Shown: piece by piece, positions 57,071-64,000 of the stretch | How the letters are laid out: every line of letters begins with the position of its first letter | How positions within the stretch are numbered: the stretch's first letter is position 1 | Origin: Bacteroidota bacterium | GTDB taxonomy: Bacteria > Bacteroidota > Bacteroidia > UBA7662 > CANHCV01 | Assembly (NCBI GenBank): GCA_947501265.1 | Contig: CANMVY010000002.1 | Location: forward strand, 226,859 to 290,858 | Direction of reading: 5' to 3' | DNA: 64,000 bases | Position numbers and translations under genes: made by a program | Notes under the pieces: model-generated | Databases searched by the model: none | Told to the model about the DNA's origin: nothing | What the model saw: only the letters and a program-made list of their open reading frames with translations

Positions 57071-58417
57071 TTACAGGATCTGTTCCAATGGCAAATTATT
57101 GAAATTTCCTGAAGACATCAAGAGCAAGGCCGAATTTTCTTGATTTCTTTGCTTTAAATTTTCAAACAATTCATTGGAATCGGTAAAAACCCTAAAATTG
57201 GAATGATTGAACTCATGAGCAACTTGTTCAGGTGGAAAAAACGGAAGTTTTTTCAGTTCCAATTGGGCTGGATTGTAGTACACCCAGGCTTCATCTGCGG
57301 CCTGCATGGCGTTTTTATACTGAGGTAGGAAGGCCGCATTTAAGGAACTGTACGTAAACAACTCAAATACTGCCAACATTTCACGTTTCGGATATTGCAA
57401 ACGAACGGCATCAACCGTAGCTTTTAATTTGGACGGACTGTGTGCAAAATCGCGGTAAATCACCTCTGAAACATCGTTCTTCCAGCATTCCATGCGCTTT
57501 GCAGCACCTTTGAACGATGAAATACCCCGGTAAAACTCCTCGTCAGACAAACCCAGTTTCTGGCATAACAGGTATGCTCCTTGAATATTTTTTAGATTGT
57601 GCTCTCCAAAAACTTCGACTGAAATGGAATTACCATCCTTGTTTAGTAGAAAACACTGCTCGTTTTCAACCCGATAGGGATGGGCTTGGTAACCTACCCT
57701 CTTCCCAGGCAATTCGTTTTCATCCATCAAGGCAGAAAGGGCAACATCCGTTTCATCGTAAACCAAAAACCCTTTTTCGGGCAACGTTTTCGCGAAATCA
57801 CGAAAGGCGTTCACATAACTTTCCCACGTAGGAAATACGTTCATGTGATCCCAAGCAATACCCGAAATCAGTGCCAAATGTGGATGGTACCACAAAAATT
57901 TAGGGCGAGGATCCAAAGGAGAGGTCAAGTATTCATCTCCCTCTAAAATGATAAGGGGAGCGTCGGAAATTTGCACCATGGTTTCAAATCCTTCAATTTG
58001 AGAACCTACCAAATAGTCGAATTCTCGTCCGGCTGTTTTCAAAACATGCATCAGCATGCTGGTAATGGTAGTTTTACCGTGACTTCCAGCAATCACCAAT
58101 CGAGTTTTATCCTGAGAATGGTGAGCCACAAATTCTGGAAAAGAAAAAATGCGAATTCCCCATTTCTGGGCTTCGATTAACTCTGGATTATCGCCTCGAG
58201 CGTGCATGCCTAAAATAACCGCATCCAAATTGGAGTTGATCTTTTCGGAGAACCAACCCAATTGAGCCGGCAGTAATCCATAATTTTCTAAACGAGTTCG
58301 AGACGGCTCAAAAATCTGATCGTCACTTCCGCTAATGGTATGACCCAAATGGTGCAAGGCTAACGCCAAATTGTGCATCACTGCACCGCCAATCGCAATG
58401 AAATGGTATCTCATCAT
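57071..58417 (-). CDS. Mur ligase, Mpl/MurC-like (peptidoglycan recycling/synthesis)
   Basis: HFIAIGG..M, GSHGKTT, EGDEY, DH.N, DFAHSP, MSSGNF. Confidence 0.88.
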   Translation of the reverse strand: MMRYHFIAIGGAVMHNLALALHHLGHTISGSDDQIFEPSRTRLENYGLLPAQLGWFSEKINSNLDAVILGMHARGDNPELIEAQKWGIRIFSFPEFVAHHSQDKTRLVIAGSHGKTTITSMLMHVLKTAGREFDYLVGSQIEGFETMVQISDAPLIILEGDEYLTSPLDPRPKFLWYHPHLALISGIAWDHMNVFPTWESYVNAFRDFAKTLPEKGFLVYDETDVALSALMDENELPGKRVGYQAHPYRVENEQCFLLNKDGNSISVEVFGEHNLKNIQGAYLLCQKLGLSDEEFYRGISSFKGAAKRMECWKNDVSEVIYRDFAHSPSKLKATVDAVRLQYPKREMLAVFELFTYSSLNAAFLPQYKNAMQAADEAWVYYNPAQLELKKLPFFPPEQVAHEFNHSNFRVFTDSNELFENLKQRNQENSALLLMSSGNFNNLPLEQIL

Positions 58418-60405
58418 TCAAAAATTTCATCTTGCTCTAAGGGTTCTTCTTCAAAAATCACAGGAACGGTATCATTCAATTGAAAACCGTTCATGGCCCT
58501 GCCACTCAACCGAACCCGAGGATCAAATCCAATCGTATCTGTATCGGTTAACAACCCACGGGATGCCATTTTTTTGGTAATCACCTCGGAATGACGTACC
58601 GCATAAGGCCTTAACTCCCCAAATGCATCAAAAAAACTTCGGTATTGCTTCGGACGAGGAATTAATGTGGCCAAATAAACGCACTCAGGTAATGAAAGCT
58701 GGCTCGGTGATTTTCCGAAGTAGAAGTCCGAAGCTTCGCCCAAACCGTACACATTGGGTCCCCACTCAATCATGTTCACGTATACCTCAAACATGCGTTG
58801 TTTCGAAGAAATTCGTTGATTTTCAATCAGCCAAACGATCATGGCTTCTTCAATTTTTCGGCTTAAGGTTTTTTTCCTAGAAAGAAATAAATTCTTTACC
58901 AATTGCATGGAAATGGTACTTCCGCCCACTTTAAACTGCTTGGTTTTGTAGTTTTTGGCAATGGCATTTTTAAACGCTTCCATCACAAATCCTTTGTGTC
59001 CAAAAAAACTGGGATCTTCGCAGGTTAGAATGGCGTTTTTCAGGTAAGATGGGATTTCTGAATACCCTACAAAATAAACGTTTTCAGATCCAATAAAACG
59101 GGAACGCATGGGTTGACCGTTCTCAATGGGGGTGTATTCGAAAGGTGAATTAAAAAAATCAAGTTGGGCTTTTCCGTATCCTAATAGTTTGAATCCATCC
59201 TGATGAATTCCTGCATCAAATGTAGATTTGAAGGGTTTTTCTCCGTCCAAATGCAGGTCCAAATAAAAATCCATTTTTCCTTCGGCCTTGGTCCCTGCAA
59301 TGGAGCCAAACATTCCAGCCGGAAGCGCATTGAAAAACGTTTGTGCTTGCACCGGATAGGTTGAAATTTTTAATTGATAATCTGGATGTTCTCCGGTTTG
59401 CGCCCGAGCATACACTTTTCCGGGAATTCCGTTGAAATCAATGCTGGTCGAGCTATCAATTTCAGCAAAATCTTCTCCGAAAAGGGTAGAAAAAGATGCA
59501 TCAGCGTGGGGGATGATGACCATGGAATCGCTAAAGCGAGGGTGAAAGACTCCAAGGTTTTTGGCGGTTCCGTTCCCTCTTACTTCCAATTCTCCTCCGC
59601 CAAAATCTACATCTTCCAAACTTAAATTCAATTCAGAAAAAGCAAATTTCAATCCGAATTTCGACTCTAACAACGGCAATTGCACCCAATTTTGACCCTT
59701 AGGTTTTAAATTAAGCGTGCCGGTTAAATCCCCCCGATCCACTTCTCCGGCGATGGCCATGAAATGTCGGCCCGATCCTTCATCAAACCAGAAAGTACCT
59801 TCTAAATCTTGATCGTCTAAATTGATGCGTTCCAGATAAAAAGTAGTTAATCCATGGTTGTCTAAAAACGTTGTTTGGAAGTTAGAAACCATTAAATCGG
59901 AAGGCAAAAGGTCGAATACCTTATCGATGGAGCGGTACAAAAGCCGAGCGATGCTTCTTTTCTGAGATGGGTCTTTGGGTTCTTTCTTACCCTTTAAAAA
60001 GGTGCAAAAATTACATCCGATCGAATCGTTTTTCACGAGTTGAATTCGGCCTCCATCCGTTTCTACCGATCCGAAAAGGATTTTTCGTTGCAGCAAAGGA
60101 AGCATTCGAACACTTAACTCAAGCTTAGGAAAAAATGCCAAGGTGTCTTTTAAGGGAGAAATCAGGCAAACCTGATTCATTTCAACGGAATTGAAACCCG
60201 AAAACTGGTAGGAACCGATGGTTAGCTGAGATTGAAAATCCTGGGCTACTTTCTCTTTTGCCTTTGTGATTGCCCGATCGAGGAACGATTGTCGGAAAGT
60301 AAAATACCCACCAATTGCAAGGATAAAAATTGCTAGAAAGGTGAAACCCACAACTTTGGGCCACTTTCTTTTTCGGGAATAGAGGTTTCGAACGTAAACT
60401 GCCAA
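58414..60405 (-). CDS. Monofunctional peptidoglycan transglycosylase (GT51) with large N-terminal beta domain
   Basis: EDPSFFGHKG, GGSTISMQLVKN, RKIEE, YVN.IEWG; N-terminal TM anchor; no transpeptidase domain. Confidence 0.88.
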   Translation of the reverse strand: MAVYVRNLYSRKRKWPKVVGFTFLAIFILAIGGYFTFRQSFLDRAITKAKEKVAQDFQSQLTIGSYQFSGFNSVEMNQVCLISPLKDTLAFFPKLELSVRMLPLLQRKILFGSVETDGGRIQLVKNDSIGCNFCTFLKGKKEPKDPSQKRSIARLLYRSIDKVFDLLPSDLMVSNFQTTFLDNHGLTTFYLERINLDDQDLEGTFWFDEGSGRHFMAIAGEVDRGDLTGTLNLKPKGQNWVQLPLLESKFGLKFAFSELNLSLEDVDFGGGELEVRGNGTAKNLGVFHPRFSDSMVIIPHADASFSTLFGEDFAEIDSSTSIDFNGIPGKVYARAQTGEHPDYQLKISTYPVQAQTFFNALPAGMFGSIAGTKAEGKMDFYLDLHLDGEKPFKSTFDAGIHQDGFKLLGYGKAQLDFFNSPFEYTPIENGQPMRSRFIGSENVYFVGYSEIPSYLKNAILTCEDPSFFGHKGFVMEAFKNAIAKNYKTKQFKVGGSTISMQLVKNLFLSRKKTLSRKIEEAMIVWLIENQRISSKQRMFEVYVNMIEWGPNVYGLGEASDFYFGKSPSQLSLPECVYLATLIPRPKQYRSFFDAFGELRPYAVRHSEVITKKMASRGLLTDTDTIGFDPRVRLSGRAMNGFQLNDTVPVIFEEEPLEQDEIFE

Positions 60406-60413
60406 GGATAAGT

Positions 60414-62039
60414 TTATTTGGAGTATGCAATATTACCCCGAATGATGGTGTATTTCGTGGAAACGTTTGGAATTTTTTCCACAGAAATGCTCATGATGTC
60501 CTGATCAAAAACAGTGAAATGGGCCCATTTCCCTTCTTCAATGCTTCCCATTTGATCGTCCATTTGCATAGAATAGGCCGCAAATCGGGTTAATCCCAAC
60601 AAAGCTTGTTGGCGGGTTAAGGCCTCGTTCATTTGGAAGCCTCCTTGAGGTTTTCCGTCGGTGGTTTTCCGAGCAATGGCTGCATAAAACTGCAAAACCG
60701 GACGGATAGACTCCACTGGAAAATCACTTCCCAGCGGCAAAAATCCGTTGCAATCCCAAAGAGTTTTGTACTGATAACCCCGTGTAACGTAGGTACCCAA
60801 GCGATCGGGAGCCCAAGCGTGATCGCTGGTTGCATGCGAAGGCTGAACCGAAGGAATGATGGAGTACTGTTTGAAAAGGGGGAAATCGGCAGGATCAACG
60901 ATTTGGGCATGTTCTATTCTCCACCGTAGCGGGTTCCCCTTTTGAATCAATTGGGAATATATGCGAAGCACATCGCGATTAGCTGAATCGCCGATGGCGT
61001 GGGTGCACAATTGAATTCCGTTCTCCTGGCATCGGCGAGCGACTTTTTCCATGGAATCCAGGGATGTTACTCGAATTCCGTAGTAGTCGTGGCGATCGTG
61101 GTATTCGTGCTTCAGAAGCGCGCCTCTCGATCCCAATGCTCCATCAGCGTAGAGTTTTACTGATTTTACCAAAAAGCCATCTTCAACAATGGGTGATTTC
61201 AAATACTTGTTCAACGTGGTTTCATCGGTTCCATCCATCATCAAATGAAAATCCATTTTTAAATCACCGCTTTTTTTCAATTCATGCATGGCTTCGATGA
61301 TGTTGGATTTCAATCCGGCATCGTGCAAAGCCACCATGCCTTCGGCCAGACAGTTTTTTTGGGCCGATAGCAAGTATTTTACCATGTCCTCCTTCGAAGG
61401 TTGAGGAATGATATTTTGAACCAAATCCACGGCTCCATCGATCAGTAAACCAGTAAACTTTCCGTTTTCTAGTACCACCTCTCCTCCAAGGGCTGAATTG
61501 TTTTTCGCATCGACCATATTCCAAGCGACTTCATTCACCAAGGCAGCGTGTCCATCCACCCGAGTAAGGAAAACTGGTTGGGACAATTTTAAACCATTGA
61601 GCAGATTAAAATTGGGCATGGATTTGTTGGTCCATAAATTCTGATCCCAACCACGTCCGATGATCCACGGCAAGTTTGGATTTCTCTCAGCAAATTCCTC
61701 CACTCGTTGAATCATTTCTACCTCGGAAGAACATCCCCAGAGATTAACCTCGAAAAGGCCTTTGCCGTACCCGTAAAAATGGGCATGGGCATCGATTAGC
61801 CCCGGATAAACCGCTTGATTTTGCAGATCTACCGTAGAATCGGCTTTAAAACCGTTTAAAATTTCTTGATTAGACCCGGTGGCGAGAATTTTTCCGTCTT
61901 TCACGGCCACAGCTTCCACCACCAAAAAGGAGGAATCGCAAGTGTAAATTTTTCCGTGATGCAGGATGTAATCGGCCTGCGGAAGTGATTGACAAGCAGC
62001 GAAGAACATCAAAATAATTGGAAGAAGAAAGGTTTTCAT
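60414..62039 (-). CDS. Amidohydrolase (YtcJ/Amidohydro_3-like) lipoprotein
   Basis: Lipobox FAAC; PGLIDAHAH, DGALGSRGA, HAIGD, RIEHAQ, GSDFP. Confidence 0.9.
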   Translation of the reverse strand: MKTFLLPIILMFFAACQSLPQADYILHHGKIYTCDSSFLVVEAVAVKDGKILATGSNQEILNGFKADSTVDLQNQAVYPGLIDAHAHFYGYGKGLFEVNLWGCSSEVEMIQRVEEFAERNPNLPWIIGRGWDQNLWTNKSMPNFNLLNGLKLSQPVFLTRVDGHAALVNEVAWNMVDAKNNSALGGEVVLENGKFTGLLIDGAVDLVQNIIPQPSKEDMVKYLLSAQKNCLAEGMVALHDAGLKSNIIEAMHELKKSGDLKMDFHLMMDGTDETTLNKYLKSPIVEDGFLVKSVKLYADGALGSRGALLKHEYHDRHDYYGIRVTSLDSMEKVARRCQENGIQLCTHAIGDSANRDVLRIYSQLIQKGNPLRWRIEHAQIVDPADFPLFKQYSIIPSVQPSHATSDHAWAPDRLGTYVTRGYQYKTLWDCNGFLPLGSDFPVESIRPVLQFYAAIARKTTDGKPQGGFQMNEALTRQQALLGLTRFAAYSMQMDDQMGSIEEGKWAHFTVFDQDIMSISVEKIPNVSTKYTIIRGNIAYSK

Positions 62040-62106
62040 GCTACAAAGTTAGGATGGTTTAATGGGCACTAGGCAAGAAAAAAATCAAAAAAAGTTCGCA
62101 AAAAAG

Positions 62107-62136
62107 TTTGGCAATTCGATAAAAGACCTATCTTTG
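62107..62136 (+). promoter_or_regulatory. Bacteroidota housekeeping promoter for tRNA-Lys
   Basis: TTTG (62107-62110), 18-nt spacer, TATCTTTG (62129-62136). Confidence 0.8.
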
Positions 62137-62161
62137 CGCCACGTTAATAAAAATAACGTTG

Positions 62162-62237
62162 GATTCCGTAGCTCAGCTGGTAGAGCAATACACTTTTAAT
62201 GTATGGGTCCTGGGTTCGAGTCCCAGCGGGATCACCA
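62162..62237 (+). tRNA. tRNA-Lys(TTT), CCA encoded
   Basis: GATTCCG/CGGGATC acceptor stem, ATACA-CTTTTAA-TGTAT anticodon arm, GTTCGAGTC T-loop. Confidence 0.97.
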
Positions 62238-62243
62238 AAACAA

Positions 62244-62281
62244 GCCGTAACTTATTGATTTTCAATTGTTACGGTTTTTTT
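62244..62281 (+). terminator. Terminator-like hairpin after tRNA-Lys, enclosing a TAACTTATTGATTTTCAA motif
   Basis: GCCGTAAC...GTTACGGT stem followed by a T-run. Confidence 0.7.
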
Positions 62282-62289
62282 GTGAGCAT

Positions 62290-62311
62290 TTTAGCCCACA
62301 TTTAGCCCACA
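62290..62311 (+). repeat. Tandem 11-bp direct repeat TTTAGCCCACA x2 (candidate integrase arm-type sites)
   Basis: Exact tandem copies about 50 bp downstream of the tRNA 3' end. Confidence 0.65.
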
Positions 62312-62599
62312 TTTCTCTTTCACATTGTTAGTAACTTTCAAAGTTCAAGAAACAATTTTCCCAATTTTCAATTGACTTAGTTTACTCATTTATGCTAAGC
62401 TCTATCATTTGACATACCCATTACTTTGCCCCCAAACGTTTTTTAGCTACTAACCCATAATGCATCCAGTTTAAAAAACAAACTTCACCTTTCTTCAAAA
62501 TCATTGAGGATTTACCGAGAGCAATAATTCAAGGCAATTACATAGCTTTCAGTTAGCGGAAACCCTAAAGGAAATCCTGCAAGAACAAACTTAACGGAC

Positions 62600-64000
62600 A
62601 TGAAGCATAATATTAACTACATCAGACAGCATCGGACGACTGACCAACACGCAGACCGACCCAATGTATTTTTATTTTTTGCCCTCCCGCATTTTTTTAA
62701 AACAATTTTATTGTCGACACACATTTGGCACATTTGGTTTTGCCCAACAGCACAAGCCGACCCTTCTCAAAACCAAAAGAGCCAAATTTTCCCACGCTTT
62801 GTTTGGGTTCTTTGCATCTTGACAAGTTTGATTTCCATTGAAACTTTTTCACAAATTCCAATGCAAGCACCGACCGTCCCTTCACTTTCAGAAACTCGAC
62901 AGCAACAGCAGTTAAGAATAGAGCAACAAAACAGACAGTTAATGCAGCAATTTGGACACACTCCACCGCCTACACAGGCAGACATTCAAGCTGCACAACA
63001 AAGACAATTGCAAGGCAAGCCTTCTGAATTGACACCACGAATGAAAATGGAAAAGGAAATGGTTGACATTTTAAATGAAAGTCAATCCAGCAATTCAGCT
63101 AAGAATGAAAAAAGCTACTATAATTCAGCCGAATTTAAAAACGACCTTTCTAACTATATTAAGGCAAAAGACATTATCAAAGCAATGTTGAACAACCAAC
63201 AAAGTTTATCCATCAAAGACGCTTTTTATTTTTCAGAAGCTGCCTTTGGCAGCTTGCATTTGAATAATCAGGAATATAACAACACAATAAAATCAAACAC
63301 GGACTTTATTAAGCAGTGGCTGAAAGAAAACGGCTTCAATTTAACCGACCAAGAAGCATTGCATTATGGTATTCAAAAATTCATGTCCGACACTTTATTT
63401 ATTACGGTTGACGGAAAAAGGCAAGGACACGTTCCTTACTATTATGACTACATAGACGCTTTATCAGGCAAAGACAGGAGAAATTATTTTGTAACCAAAA
63501 CCATTGCAACAGGAAGCGGACAATGCCATACTTTCCCTATTATCTATTTAATTTTAGCCGAAGCACTTGGAGTTGATGCAAACTTGGCTTACAATCCTAT
63601 GCACTCGTTTATTCGTTTCAAAAACAATGCTGGAACGGTAATCAACTATGAAACAACAGTTGACAAATTTTTACCTAACTCCTTTTACATCGAATCACTT
63701 CCGGTAATGGCAGAAGCACAAAGAAACAGTTTATATGTAACAGAATTAAACAAAAAGCAAGTTGTTGCTTCTGTTTTGTTTGACTTAGCGGTTAATTTCA
63801 TTAAAGAGCATTTGTTACATGACAAGACTTTTGTTTCTGAATGTATCAGCATTGCCGAACCATTTTTTCCAAATCAAGGCTTTATAAATACGGCAAACAA
63901 TTACTTGCACAAACGATTGTATGCTGACGACTTTAACAATAAAATTCAAGAAAAAGGCATTAAAGATTTAAACGACATTCAAAAATATCCAGATGTATTT
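62600..64000 (+). CDS. Transglutaminase-like (Cys-His-acid triad) secreted protein, truncated by the window end (>=467 codons)
   Basis: Manual translation, not in the ORF track: open frame from ATG 62600 to the edge; hydrophobic FVWVLCILTSLISIETFS|Q, Gln-rich linker, then FVTKTIATGSGQCHTFPIIYLILAEALG...NPMHSFIR...NYE. Confidence 0.75.
   Translation, partial: MKHNINYIRQHRTTDQHADRPNVFLFFALPHFFKTILLSTHIWHIWFCPTAQADPSQNQKSQIFPRFVWVLCILTSLISIETFSQIPMQAPTVPSLSETRQQQQLRIEQQNRQLMQQFGHTPPPTQADIQAAQQRQLQGKPSELTPRMKMEKEMVDILNESQSSNSAKNEKSYYNSAEFKNDLSNYIKAKDIIKAMLNNQQSLSIKDAFYFSEAAFGSLHLNNQEYNNTIKSNTDFIKQWLKENGFNLTDQEALHYGIQKFMSDTLFITVDGKRQGHVPYYYDYIDALSGKDRRNYFVTKTIATGSGQCHTFPIIYLILAEALGVDANLAYNPMHSFIRFKNNAGTVINYETTVDKFLPNSFYIESLPVMAEAQRNSLYVTELNKKQVVASVLFDLAVNFIKEHLLHDKTFVSECISIAEPFFPNQGFINTANNYLHKRLYADDFNNKIQEKGIKDLNDIQKYPDVF
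62723..62787. repeat. Imperfect inverted repeat / hairpin element within the 5' coding region
   Basis: ATTTGGC-ACA-TTTGGTTTTG ...25 nt... CAAAACCAAA-AGA-GCCAAAT. Confidence 0.75.

Larger units (their letters stand above)
62238..64000. mobile_element. Probable left edge of a tRNA-Lys-integrated genomic island (integrase not in window)
   Basis: tRNA 3' end, att-like motif and direct repeats, loss of dense gene packing, GAC/ACA-rich codons in the following ORF. Confidence 0.55.

Noticed and set aside
491-61524. Numerous 60-170 aa ORFs in the track that overlap longer genes
   Set aside because: Antisense or off-frame shadows of well-supported CDSs, with no motifs or promoters of their own
62697-62985. 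Minus-strand ORFs 62697..62966 and 62767..62985 (Cys-rich)
   Set aside because: Antisense to the long plus-strand ORF; the Cys runs are the reverse complement of Gln/Ala codons
1-64000. CRISPR array, rRNA, IS or prophage genes
   Set aside because: No regularly spaced repeats, long non-coding tracts, transposase, integrase or phage genes were seen

Overview
Compact, mostly housekeeping segment of a Bacteroidota chromosome. The phylum call rests on TAnnTTTG -7 promoter elements, no Shine-Dalgarno motifs seen at the starts examined, signal peptides cleaved before Gln, and Omp28/DUF6029/TlpA envelope genes. About 54 tightly packed CDSs, many with ATGA/TAATG overlaps, include mutS, gmk, serS, tkt, rpiB, tatC, clpC, folB, cutC, two POT transporters, six GT2/GT4 and one GT9 glycosyltransferases, an LptF/G permease, a Mur ligase and a transglycosylase. 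tRNA-Pro(TGG) and tRNA-Lys(TTT) are present. Directly after tRNA-Lys (~62240) the sequence looks like the edge of an integrated element: att-like motif, tandem 11-bp repeats, a codon-usage shift, and a truncated transglutaminase-like ORF with a hairpin element read in-frame in its N-terminus. The best candidates for undescribed biology are (i) a putative outer-membrane thiol-redox module (DUF6029-like barrel with CxGGxC plus Omp28 CxxC lipoprotein, coupled to serS), with a second Omp28 next to a diheme cytochrome c lipoprotein; (ii) the island-edge hairpin/ORF; (iii) a PAS-HisKA-REC protein with no ATPase domain; and (iv) apparent leaderless mRNAs. No CRISPR array, rRNA, integrase or transposase was seen. 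All product calls come from motif recognition, not database searches.
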